DNA of 55,824 nt, filler included, from Streblomastix strix (taxonomy: Eukaryota), in NCBI GenBank assembly GCA_008636045.1. It is 2 parts of 2 records of this genome, joined end to end, with 100 filler letters (N's around TTAATTAATTAA, not from the genome) between each part and the next. Parts side by side here need not be neighbours in the genome. Positions count along the whole stretch, not along the records: positions 1 to 27,930 come from SNRW01000137.1; positions 28,031 to 55,824 come from SNRW01000138.1. One strand, written 5' to 3'. Below the pieces are notes generated by a model. It made no database searches, was not told the origin of the DNA, and was given only the letters and a program-made list of their open reading frames with translations. Position numbers and translations under genes: made by a program. How positions within the stretch are numbered: the first letter of the stretch is position 1; each line of letters opens with the position of its first letter. Of this stretch, positions 24,185-36,396 are shown in pieces.

Positions 24185-25650
24185 TCACGAGTACTATATT
24201 TCTAGTAGTAAATTATTGTATATATCCATAAATTGCTTAGGTATTTTTCTGCCAAAATTGTCGTATAAAGTGAATACTAGGGACTTATTTTAACCTATCA
24301 AACACTACTAAGACATCATGTTTTACCCCCATAATACCGGAGCATCAACCAAGTTTTATTTAAAGCGTACGTTTGAAAACCCATTGCCGCCAATTGACTA
24401 TAAAGTAATACCTTAAAGCTAGTTTGAAACATTAATTATTAACATTTGGGGATATTCAAGAAAATTACCAATATAAAAAAAATTGGTATTTCAGTTTCTA
24501 TGCTTTAATTATCAAATTTTGTTTAGTAAAACCTTATATTTAGGTCTATTTATTTAATGGCAGATGATAAATTTATTACTTGATTAGCCCAATTTTCACT
24601 TAATCCGTCATATAAGTCTTATGCACCAGCTAGTTATACATACAAATTAGGAGATAGAATTATCCTATTAGAAAACCAGTAAGAGTGTAATGTCTTAACA
24701 TAATCGCTTATAATCTCTGGGATAAACTAACCATAAAAACTTATTCTACCAAATAAATTATAAATTACTTACCATTGAGTAAAACATAGTGCTTGTAAGG
24801 AACAAATTAATCTCACCGGAAATGTATTTATATTATTAATAATTTACTGCATTGTTTGTTGCTATACATTAATGGGTTATATATCTGATGACGTAAATGT
24901 TCCGTTAGGGTTTATATCTACTTACTTTCCAAATAAAAATATAACTGCTAGACCATTTTATGCTCCGAACTGTTTTGACTCTATAGATCTTATATAGTTA
25001 TTTGTTGTAGGACAATACAATCAAATTAACCCCATAGCTCGATATGCTACATTAGCGGTTGTGTCTAGTATCCAGTAGTGATATAAAAATGCATCAATCC
25101 TTAAATTTAAGTAATTAATTGCTGAGCTAACAACATCCTACCCATAATTTGTATTTAACTAGTAAGCGCTATTTTATAGTTTCTATGTATGCTAATTCAT
25201 GCAATTATTAAAGCATATTTCTCCACTATTCAATGTTATTTATGTACTAAAATGCTTCTACATTGTATCAACAAAACTGGTTATGTTGGCTAATGGAAGG
25301 GTTAATACTGAAGGCATATATTTTTATCCTTATGCCGTTTAGTCGTTAGTAAAACTGTTATCAATGGCTGTGTTCATGTTTAATCTTATAGGAGGTAATT
25401 TGTCAATAAGTTATAGCTCCAAAGTATCATTTGATATATTTGTTTGTTGGTATATTTTCATCACAACTGAAGATACAATGCTATGTTATATTTCGATATA
25501 AACACTATTTAAATAAAATGTTAAATTAATTGGTATATTATTAATACTATTAACTTGAAAGCTTTAGCAACCACTTGGAATTGTTGTATCCCACTTTACA
25601 AAATCCTTATCAGAGTCAGAGCTTATAATTTGCAAACCTATACCACTCAT
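24185..25650 (-). pseudogene. Putative minor capsid (penton-like) protein, ~488 aa
   Basis: Beta-rich, with C-terminal LVFTLYDNFGRKIP resembling penton C-termini. Clear homologue at 53544. TGA at codon 210 and a frameshift at ~24478. Confidence 0.5.
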
Positions 25651-25670
25651 TTTATTATCAAAAAATAATT

Positions 25671-25914
25671 TCAAGCTAAATATTCATACAGCTTCATGAC
25701 AGCATTTTTGCTATTTTCTTATGCTATATCTATTATTTCTTTTAACTAGTCCATTTTCAAACATTTATTAAATTATCGTAATAAAAAAACATAGTTCTAT
25801 TTCTGGTAGTGCATTTGTTACTACAGATATTAATGAATTTAAAAATTTAGCAAATACCATGTATTCATCACAGGTTATTTTCAACATTTTACGGGGAGGT
25901 GTTAATTGTGCCAT
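25671..25914 (-). pseudogene. Small conserved viral protein (homologue of 53060-53407)
   Basis: KITCDEYM...LRQFNKCLKMDQLKEIIDIAQENSKNAVMKL; one extra T at ~25785. Confidence 0.7.
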
Positions 25915-26084
25915 ATTTAATTAAAATAAAACAAACTAATCAATTATTTTTAAAGGTTGAAAATTAAGAAATAATAAGCAAGAAACATGAAATTATAATG
26001 ATTATTTCACAAAGTATGTGTTGTTATGCCATTTGTTTGTTATTAAAAATATTAATCAGAATACATAATTTTAAACAAAATAAA

Positions 26085-27140
26085 ATGCCTGCAAAGAAAG
26101 TATAGAAAGCATAGAAAACAAAACCTAAAACATGTATAAGTGAATTTATTGATTCAAAAACGCCGAATATACATAAGGGTTAATAAGTTTAACCGCGAAA
26201 TGTAAGTAAAATACCATATATATTAGATGAGTTAAGACTATCGGAAGCTGTTAAAAAACTAGGTCCAGGTAGTTGTAAGTAGCGATAGGATTTTATTAAT
26301 TAAGTAAGATAGTATGACCCTAGCATTACCCATGGAGAGGTTGAAGCAGCTTTTGAAGGTATGAAAGGTGCAACAAGAAGGTAAAGACATTTTGGTGGGA
26401 TTGACCCAAATGATTTGATAGAATATTATAGGGATTTAGATGAACATATGCGTGGTGTTCATGATCCGTTATAAGGTGTTTATAGAAATGCAGCTATGAG
26501 TGATTAGTCCCTAGGTATAAATGCTAGAGCAAATGAACCGACAAATGATATAAGAAGCCATGCGTTTCCTTAACCATCATTACGTGCTACTGCACCTCCA
26601 AAAGGTATTAATAAAGAAGATGAACTGATGAATTTTATGTTTGGGTCTCATTAAGAAAAGAAAAAGGAAAAGATAAAGGAAAAAGATAATATTTTTTAAA
26701 ATTAGGGTCTTGATAATACACCTGATGCTTTTGTATACTAACTATAAAGTTTTATAGATTAATCTCAACAAATTAATCTAGTATAAGAGTAGCAACAAAT
26801 CTAGAGAGAAAAATAAGTTGAGGGATAAATTTTATAGCATGATAACGCACAAACACAAAAGGGTGTAGAATATTTTACAAACGGATTAAATTGGGGATCT
26901 GCCCAAGTAAATCAGTATTATAACAAAACATCATATGTTACAAATAGGGTTGGATATTACATAAATGAAGGGGGACAATTATATTTACAAACAAAGACGG
27001 ATTTAATATGGAAAGAAGACATAATGAATAGGCCACCAAAACATAAAAATTATATACCAACAAGCTAGTTATAAAAGTCTTTAGAAAAATAAAAATAATT
27101 AAAGAATAATTACGTTAAAAATAAGAAAAAGAAATCATGA
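26085..27140 (+). CDS. Conserved viral protein with basic termini, core/DNA-binding candidate (351 aa)
   Basis: Intact frame MPAKKVQKAQKTKPK...RQRHFGGIDPNDLIE...; homologue at ~51940-53022. Confidence 0.75.
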
Positions 27141-27446
27141 TAAAGGAGTTGCTTCATTTTTCAATAAATCGTTAGCTTTTATAATATCATTTTGTTTTAT
27201 TTTCTTTTGTATCATATCGTTTATTTTTACAATATCTTCGTTATCAAACACTATTTTACCTAATAAATTTATTACTTAAATTTGTAGTATAGAAGCTTAT
27301 AGGTTATACTTTTTTAACTCTTCGCTTTTTCTAGCTTTATATTCTTTGTGTTATTATCTTGCTATGTTTTTTGCTTAATCTTCTGTTTATTATTTTTTAG
27401 GTCTACCAGCTTTTAAAGTTTGTTTTACAATTTTTATATCTTCCAT
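27135..27446 (-). CDS. Small AT-hook-like (AGRPKK) viral protein (103 aa)
   Basis: MEDIKIVKQTLKAGRPKK...; homologue at 51715-51963. Confidence 0.7.
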
Positions 27447-27470
27447 TTAATATACTAATAAAAAAATAAA

Positions 27471-27930
27471 TCAAAAATAATAAAAAGTTCTTTTATATTT
27501 TTCAGGTAATACATCAATATTGTCAGCAACTTTATGGGTATAATGTACTGGAACTTCAACTGTTTTTATATCTTAATATGGTTTTAGCAACTCACATATA
27601 ACATTGCCATGCTCATATTTTATAAATGTTGCTATCTCATTAAATTACCTTCTTTTCTTTTAAAATCTATGAGGTGTTTTTGATAGGTCCAAATGTATCA
27701 TTATTATATTTCCTTTTATTAAATCTAGTTGTTTATTTTTGTTTTATAAGTCCTTTATATTTTTTAACTACTCCATTTTCTTACGTATAAATATACCTTC
27801 TAAATCTTCATTATCATTAACTTATGAAGGTGTAAAAGTTTATTTTTAAAGTTTTAAGGCATTATTTTTTGTGTTGTTATATTCATTGACTACTTGCTAT
27901 ATTTATTTGTTATTAGCCATTAGCTAAGTG
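27471..27930 (-). CDS. rve-type integrase, C-terminal part (cut by contig break)
   Basis: QQVVNEYNNTKNNA...FTPSQV...RRQFNEIATFIKYEHGNVICELLKPY, a close match to the C-terminus of 50518-51680. Confidence 0.85.
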
Positions 27931-28030
27931 NNNNNNNNNNNNNNNNNNNNNNNNNNNNNNNNNNNNNNNNNNNNTTAATTAATTAANNNNNNNNNNNNNN
28001 NNNNNNNNNNNNNNNNNNNNNNNNNNNNNN
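27931..28030. other. Artificial 100-nt contig spacer (N-run, TTAATTAATTAA, N-run)
   Basis: A six-frame TAA stop linker embedded in Ns. Confidence 0.95.
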
Positions 28031-29001
28031 AATAAGAAATGATTAAATAATGAATTGGAAATATAATTTAATTAAAACTGATATTAAATAAATAATTGAT
28101 GAATTAAATATATTTATATTTATATTTAATTAATTAATTAATTAATTATTAATAATTTGGATAATGTGTATTATAACAAATAATAAAATTAAAAATTCAA
28201 TTGTATTTAAATCGTTACACAAAAAATTAATTGGAATATAAAATAGTTAAAATATGTTTTATTCAAGTACATATAAAAATTAATATATTAAAATTGAATT
28301 TTGGAACAAAATAAATACAGGAAAATCATGTTTTCTTCAGATGGATTAACGAGTTTAATAATTGATCATCAAAAAATATAGTTAAATCACAAATTAAATT
28401 TAATCTATATATATGAATATCTTATATTGTAGAAATGTTTGTATGTAAAATTTATTTGAATTGTAATTATTTATTTCTTTTCTTCAAATAAAAAAAAGTC
28501 TACAATATATCAACTTATTCTAGCAAAGGAGCGCAATTTCCCACATACAAAGCCTCCAATTCAACACGCAAAGTTTGACTATATTTAATATTGCAATTGC
28601 ACATTATTATTTTAAATTTATTCCATTTGTTTCTTTTCCCTTATTGTTTTATGAACATATTTTATTTTTATTTAAATTTTAACAATTAAAATATAATCTT
28701 TCTATACCCATTTAAATTTTATTTATTTAAATTGCTATATTTAATTCAATATTTATTTCATATTCATTAAATCATTAGTATTCATTTATTCACTTCATAG
28801 TTGCCAAATAAGTTAAATTTCTTAAAATTATTACTGTGCGTTCTAAACAGTATATTTTTCATACAAATTCATGTCATTTTTTATTTAAGTGTATTTTTAA
28901 ATAATAATAAATTACGTCATATATATTTTGATCATCAAATGCAATTGATTTCGAATTTATTAATTTTTCTTTTTTTATTTACATTATATTTCCTTTATTA
29001 G

Positions 29002-30703
29002 ATGTAGAAATCTGCTTATATTCCTGATTAATCAGCCTAATCTGAGCATTCAAAGAGATTTGAATCTGAAAAAGAGAAAATATTAGAATTGAAAACGAAA
29101 GAAAATGAAATAATTCATTCAGAATCATCAGATAAACAGAACTAAGAATTGATTCAAAAACTTTATACTTCTTAGAAAGAAGTTATAATTTATAAGGAAT
29201 AATATGAATCAGAAAAAATTAAATCAGAAAATGAAGCTAAAAAAGCATAAAATGAAGAAAAGATGAGAAAATTTGCAGAATCTGAGAAATTTAGAATAGA
29301 AAAAGAAAATTAATAAATAAAGAAGGAGAACGAGAAGCTTAAATCTGAAATTGTGAAAATGAAAGAATTAACTGAGTCAGAAAAGACTGCCAGCCAAATT
29401 ATATTCATTGATAATAAAGAAAATTAATGTGAATAAGAAATTCAAAGTAAAAAAGAAAGTATTGAATCCATCATATAAAAAAGATAAGTTGGAGATTTTG
29501 TATCAGTGAGGAATAAAAATAAATAAGAATTAGAAAAGGAATAATAAAATAGTACTCCATCAAGTTCAGAAAGCCAGAAGTTGAATATAGTTGCTGCAAA
29601 TACTAATTCTGAATTATCTAAAGGTATAATATATAATATATAATTTTAATTAAATATAAAGATTTATTATATTATTGTATGCTTCTAAATTATTAATTTA
29701 ATTTTTATATTTTATTCATTCATTTATATTTAGCTAGCACAATTTCCATTCGCAATCTTGATGCGCGTGATATTGATTTCATAGATGCAGATGGATAATC
29801 TAAAAAGATTGTTAAGAAGAGGAGCAAATATAATACAGTATCTTTTGAGTCAGTACTTGATGATGGCATTTGGTCTTTGGAAGCTTAATTCTAAAACACT
29901 GATAAAATGGCTGGTTTGAATATATTGAATGTTTTAATGTATTATTTTATATAAATTGTTAATAATTATTTAAATTATTCAATTCTAATATATACCAATA
30001 ATTTATTGACAATATATATTAGCAATTGGCATTGTTCGAGATTCATACAACATTCCAGTTGGTGCTTGTCCAATGTTTATTGAGAGTATATTACTTAATT
30101 GAAATTATTACTAAATTAATTTATATTTATTCTTTTTTGTTAATTTTGTTATATCTAGATACCCAACACATGGCAGTCTATCTCAAGCAGTGTGATTATT
30201 GATAATATTCTTATTTATTAATAAATAATAATTATTAAAATAATTATTATTATTTTTATTAATAATTATATTTTTCATAAATTAATAATAATAATAATTT
30301 AATATTTACATGTCATTTATCTATAATCGTTATTAACACCCATTCAGATCCTGGGGGCAAGGTCAGATCAACTACAAGAACAAATCCACTGTAGGAAACA
30401 TTGGATTTGATGATAATCAGATAATTAGACTGGAATATGACTCAAAAAAAGGAAAACTCGCATTTTTCCTAAATGGGAAATAATAACCAGTGAGTATTGA
30501 AGGAATTAAGGAGAATGTGCGTTTTATTGTATGAATTTATTAAATAGTTCGTATCAATATATACTATTTTGTCTTGATTTTAAATTATTTTGATTCAGGT
30601 CTTCATGAATGCAAAAGGATCAAGTTGCATCATCCGATCTTTGAAAAAACTCACATCACCATCTACAGGACATGTATCAAATGAAAAAATTGTTAATTGG
30701 TGA
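29002..30703 (+). CDS. Coiled-coil protein with C-terminal SPRY/B30.2-like domain (multi-intron; 5' exon uncertain)
   Basis: E/K/Q-rich exon followed by spliced GIWSLEAQF, AIGIVRDSYNIP, DNQIIRLEYDSKKGKLAFFLNGKQQPVSIEGIKENVRF, IRSLKKLTSP...W*. Confidence 0.7.
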
Positions 30704-31230
30704 ATAAAATAAGCATGTAAACAATCTTAACATTTTAATTAAAAAAATTAGTGATTGATGAATTTAAAATTTATATTAATGCGAGAGGGATTCCATTGGA
30801 ATATCTTTATAATGTTACATCTATGATCCGTTTGTCAGTTTTGCTAGGGCTAATTTGTTTTTGTAATTTTCAAATTTTCTTAAAACAATTAATCTTTCAA
30901 AAGAACAATGAATTGAAAAAAACATTAAAATTGTTCCCCCAATAAATTTGTACATAAATTTTTTGAAATTTAAACTTATTCTAATCAAATATTTGTTAAT
31001 AATTGTATTATATATAAAATTTTCATATTTTATATGATAATTATCCAAAAAATTAAATACTAAATTTTTCTCATTTTAAAAATTAATTTATTCTTGGATA
31101 AAGTACAATTATTGTATTTAAATATATTTAATTTAGCATTAATTATAATTTTAAATATGATGAATATATTTATATATTATTATATATTCTCATATGCCCA
31201 ATTTTATTGATCTTCATTTTTTTTATTCAG

Positions 31231-34200
31231 ATGGATCTTTACGTGACAAACGTTGATTACAACGCGACACAACAAGAACTTCATCAGCACTTCAGTTAAG
31301 CTGGAGTAGTTCTCTAAGTAAAAATTCCATATTCTGGTGGGTATGGGTGTCGATATGCATTTGTCACGATGGAAAATTATTATTCAGCTCAAAAAGCAAT
31401 CAGATTGTTTAATTGTTCAAAATTTAAAGGACGTGCAATTCATGTTTAAATGTCAAAGCAAAGATATTCAATTGAACAACCTAAATGTTTAATAAATTTT
31501 ATTTTCATTTATTATTATATTAATTTTTATATTTATTTTCGATTAGTTTATGTTGGCCCTGTGCTGAATTCTATGTAATTTAATTATAAACCAACTTAAG
31601 AGCATATTTCTCTACTAGCATAGTAGTCTAATCTTCAATCAACTTCATAAATTATTAATTAAATATCAAATTTAAATAAATCTCCTGAAGATGAGATAGT
31701 CGAAAAATTATAATTTTTTTATTCAAATTTCAAATAATGTGATAATTTAGCATTAGAAGTTAATTTAAGTGTTAATATGTGGTAGTCTATTTCTACTTTG
31801 TTTGATTCATGTTCAAATACAACAAAAAGCACACTTTTAAGTTTACTTGAATCTATTTTAGAACATAGTATATAAATTCTTTAAGAAGCAAATAATTCAA
31901 AAAAAGAAAATATTTTTTATTGAAGCATGAATAAATCAGGATTGCTAAAAAAGATCGAAACGCTTTTGAATTAGAAAATTAGATATGAAACAGAATATAA
32001 ATTTAATTTATACTCATTTTAGGAATAATAATTAACAAGAATTTATTTATTAATAATGAAAAGTTAGAATATTTCATTAGATATGATTAACACATGTTCA
32101 TATGTTATTTTCTAGTAATTATCTGTTTTTGTTGAGAAATTGATTAAAGAATAAAGCAGAATAAAACAATACAAAGATGCAGGATAAATATATAGAAATA
32201 ATAAGGCAAAAAATAATAAATAAATAAGTTTAAATAATTAAATTTAATCAGATGAAATTAATATTGAAAAAACTGTTGAATCAGCAATCAAGATGTTATT
32301 TTGTTTGAGTTTTGCAACATCTTACAATTAATTCTATTTTGTAAAATAACATAATCTCTTAGATCTATTAATTCAACTTATACATTTGAATTGTAAAACT
32401 TCAATTAATTGTTCAAACTCAATCATTGTTTAACGAACTCCTGATTTATATTAATTATAAATATAAATATTATGCATTTTTGATGATCTAATATAATATG
32501 AAAAAGTAAAAGTATTGATTATCTAATAACCGTTAGTATTCATGCACTTCTTTTCTATAATTGACAATTTCATATCTTTTTCTTTAAATAAATCTTAATC
32601 TTCAATTGAATATCAAAAACTATTTAATTCACCATCATTTTTCATCTACAAATCTATTAATTTAGTTTTTGATCTTCTAAATTCTTATCATTCAAATGAT
32701 TAAAATTAATAATAATCTTATATTATTGCATCTTCTTTAATAAAATATCTCAAGTTGAAATAATCTTAGATAAATGATTCAACGGTGAATATATCAATAA
32801 ATGACATAAGAATTAAAAGCCTCCAATGCTTGAAAGTGTAAACAGAAAAGTATAACTAGCATGGTTAGATAGAAATAATAAAATTAAATTATATTGGAGC
32901 TCTATGTTAATTTGTTGGGACAGCAGGTGGAAGTGAAATTGAATATAACATTTTAAATTAATAAACTCTATAAAATATTCTAGATTTTATTATTTAATTT
33001 AGAAAAGAAGCAAAAGATTATTAATTTATAAGAAAAATTGAAGAACAAATTGAGATTGAAGGTGGATTAGAAGAAATTGACTCCAAATTTTACTATTATT
33101 AATAGATTTTACAAAATTTATGTCTATTATTTAATTAAATTTAAAATTCGTTTAATGATCATTCTGACTTTGATATGGAAGAAATAGAATATGGAACAGA
33201 TCAATAGAAGAAATAAATAATAGGATAATTCATTTTGAGAAAAATAAGTGAAGATTATGACGGATTTTAATAAAGGGTATTATTCCATTTATAATTATTA
33301 CTATTTATTTTATTAAAAGTTTATTTATATACAAATTAAATTTATTTATTATTATTTATTTCTCCATAGATAACAGAGATGATTATATAATTAGATCTAC
33401 CTGATTTAATATAGATTATCTAAAGTTAACAACTTCTGAACAATTCAATTAATAATTGCTATGATATTTTAATTTATGTTAAATCTGAACTAATAAACAT
33501 ATTTGAATCAAATTAATTGTCAGAGGATGAAAAATTAGCTAAATTGCTTTATATTCATGAATAATCCAAATATATCGAAAAAGATCTGTTGAAATATTAT
33601 TTCAATTTATAAATATTGCATATTATTGTTAATAATATAAATTCATGCTCAAAATCATTGTAAATAGTTATTCTGGATATAATTGAAAATATTTTATATC
33701 GTTAAATTAATAGAGTAATAGATAGCGATTTAAATTAATAATTATAGAACTTTTTTCATAGTATGAACTATATTAGATAAATAAACATAATACCAAACAG
33801 AATAATATTTCAATAAGAACTTTTTGAAAGTATGAAGTAGTCAAAACTGCTAAAAACAATTAAAACCCTTCTGAAATAATAATATTAATTAGAAAATAAT
33901 GATGATATTGTTTAATTCTCCGATCTTACTGAGTAATTAACCAGAATTTACCTATTATCAATGAGTGGATAATAAATTTCAAAGAATATGATTGATTTAT
34001 GTATTGAAGTTATTTAATTTAATATCAAACATCTTATAGAAACACTAAAATAATAATATGTTGAATATGACAATAGTGAAGAAGAGGAAATTTAAGAAGA
34101 AAATTAATTAGATGATGATGATGATGATTAAGAACATTACTAAAAACAAATTTAATTAAATTAAGAATTTGATTAAACAGCTAATTTGATATAAACACTA

Positions 34201-35814
34201 AATTCTGCTGTTTATTCCAACTGAGATTATATTTTTAATAATCATAATTTTTGTAATGAACTCATTTCCCTTATTCATTTGAATTGTGTTGATTAATTAA
34301 ACTGCAGACATTCTATAAAAATTCATTCATCTACAAATGTATTGATTTTATAATCAAATGCCATTTAAATTCTTGGAGATATCATATCTGAATAGAATTT
34401 TAGATATTCTATTTAGTATAATGATAAAAATCAATATTTTGATCAACTTATTCTATAATATCATTCATTATTCCCTCATTTAACATCTTTAATTACTTCA
34501 TTCAATAATAAATATTCTTTTTACTCATTACAAAATAAAGTCAAATCTTCATAATTATGTTCAATATCCTTAATTTATCAAGTTATTCAATTAATTACTC
34601 GCATTATAATTAATTCTACAATTATTATCAATGATTAGTTTTTTTCATCAACACTATTAAACTCTTTGATTCGTTTAATTAATTATTAATAAATTAGCAA
34701 TAATAATGAATATGAATAAATAACTGATCTAAAGGTGTAATGTCGAAAATGCCTGATGTATATTTAGATAATCGGCGATGTCAGAGTTTAGAGTATTCTT
34801 TTTAATAAGAATTATATTGGAGCACTTTGTTAATATATTGGAATTTCTGGAGGAAATGAAAATGAAATAAATAAAGAAATTATTAATGGTTGCGAAGATT
34901 TGAAACAGTTTTATAATGATCTTAGAAAAGGAATTTAAGATCAATAACATATTTAAATTGCAGAAGAATAAATTGAATTAGAAGATGGACTAGAAGAAAT
35001 TGATTCATAATTGTTTAATTAGGTTAAAGATTTGATTTTATAATCAAAGAACATATAAAATGTTGTTTAAAATCCGTGTCAATTCAAAGATCTTACACTT
35101 TTTGAATAAGATAAATATTTTAGAAAAGTTCTTCTAAGCAGAATAATGAATATTGATGATCTTAATGCAGAATAAATTATGTGGTTGTTGCATATTCAAT
35201 AGAATTTTAATCTATAAATTCTGATTATAGATAATGATCTGCTTATTAATAGGGTTCATCAAATATAAAATGCATTGCAGTAAAGTTCAAACCAACTATT
35301 TGTAGACAATTTAAGCATATAAACAACACCAAATCATATTCTACTATTATTTAAAAGTAAAGGAATAGTTAATAAAATAATAATTGTGAAATCAAATAAT
35401 ATCTCTCTTGGATGTGCATTTGTTGATATGAAAGATGAAGAATCTACTTTAAATGCACTATAATTAGATGGAACGTAATTAAATGGAAATATAATTCATT
35501 TTGAGATTGTTCAATTCAAATCAAAATCAGTTAAAAATTAAAGTGATTTAGAAATTCATAAAATTTCATCAAAATTCAACAAATAATATTTCTTACTACT
35601 TAATGAAATTGAATAGAAATAATATCTTAAAGATTTACTCACACTCAAAATTAAATAAATTGATTAACTTAATGCAGAATAAATTACAAGGATATTATTA
35701 GAGAAGAACAATTAAGAGTTGGTTATAATTCTTCAGTTTGATGAATTATTTGTTCAAGAAGTTCATGATGTATAAAATTAGCTTCTTTAATCTGGATTGC
35801 TAAAGTTCTAATGA
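31231..35814 (+). pseudogene. RRM, two helical (ARM-like) modules, MLLE-like, RRM, MLLE-like protein; two in-frame TGA
   Basis: RRM1 LYVTNV...RYAFVTM. RRM2 LFVDNL...GCAFVDM. Duplicated GxxGG...EEQIExExGLEEIDS module. MLLE-like NAEQITRILLE. TGAs at 31921 and 34222. Confidence 0.65.
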
Positions 35815-36396
35815 ATTCAGATGATTTCTAAAGAGATTTTGTATTTGAAAAGCAAGCATGTTAAAAGTAATTGAAAAATTTATTGAGTTTATATTGTTGA
35901 TATTTATTTATTTTTATATGTTAAATAAATTCTTTTATTGATCTTATTGCTTGGATAAAAATTAAATCTGGTCTTAATCATATTTTTAATAGTTATTCTA
36001 TATGATTAAATTTAAATGAAGTTTTTGTAATAGATTGAAAAGATTGTGAACTGCAAAAGTATAAAATAGAGAAAAGTAGAGAATGAATGTAAATAAATTA
36101 AACATTTTAATGAATATATAACATATTCTTTTGTTGATGAGTCTGAATCATTTGTCAAAATATATAAAATCTAACTAGCAATAATTATTTGTTTTAATCA
36201 AGATTAAAATCGATACAAATTATTTATCATTGAATATTAATATTTTTATTTGTAACTACAACTATGCTTACATAAATATTATAATAAATAATTAAGAAAC
36301 TATTTAGAAGTGAAATGGTGTTAGATATAATAAATGATGATATCAAATTATTTAATAATACAAAATTGAAATAAATATTTTTTTAAGTTAATATTA

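Larger units (their letters stand above)
8418..27930. mobile_element. Integrated Polinton/Maverick-like DNA virus, copy 1 (right end cut by contig break)
   Basis: Begins AGTAGTAC. Dense intronless ORFs including protein-primed PolB, A32-type ATPase and rve integrase. Size fits Polintons. Several genes carry frameshifts or TGA. Confidence 0.92.

Noticed and set aside
28500..28610. Faint actin-family C-terminus-like fragment (FAC*IGGFV) on the minus strand
   Set aside because: Too short and interrupted to support.
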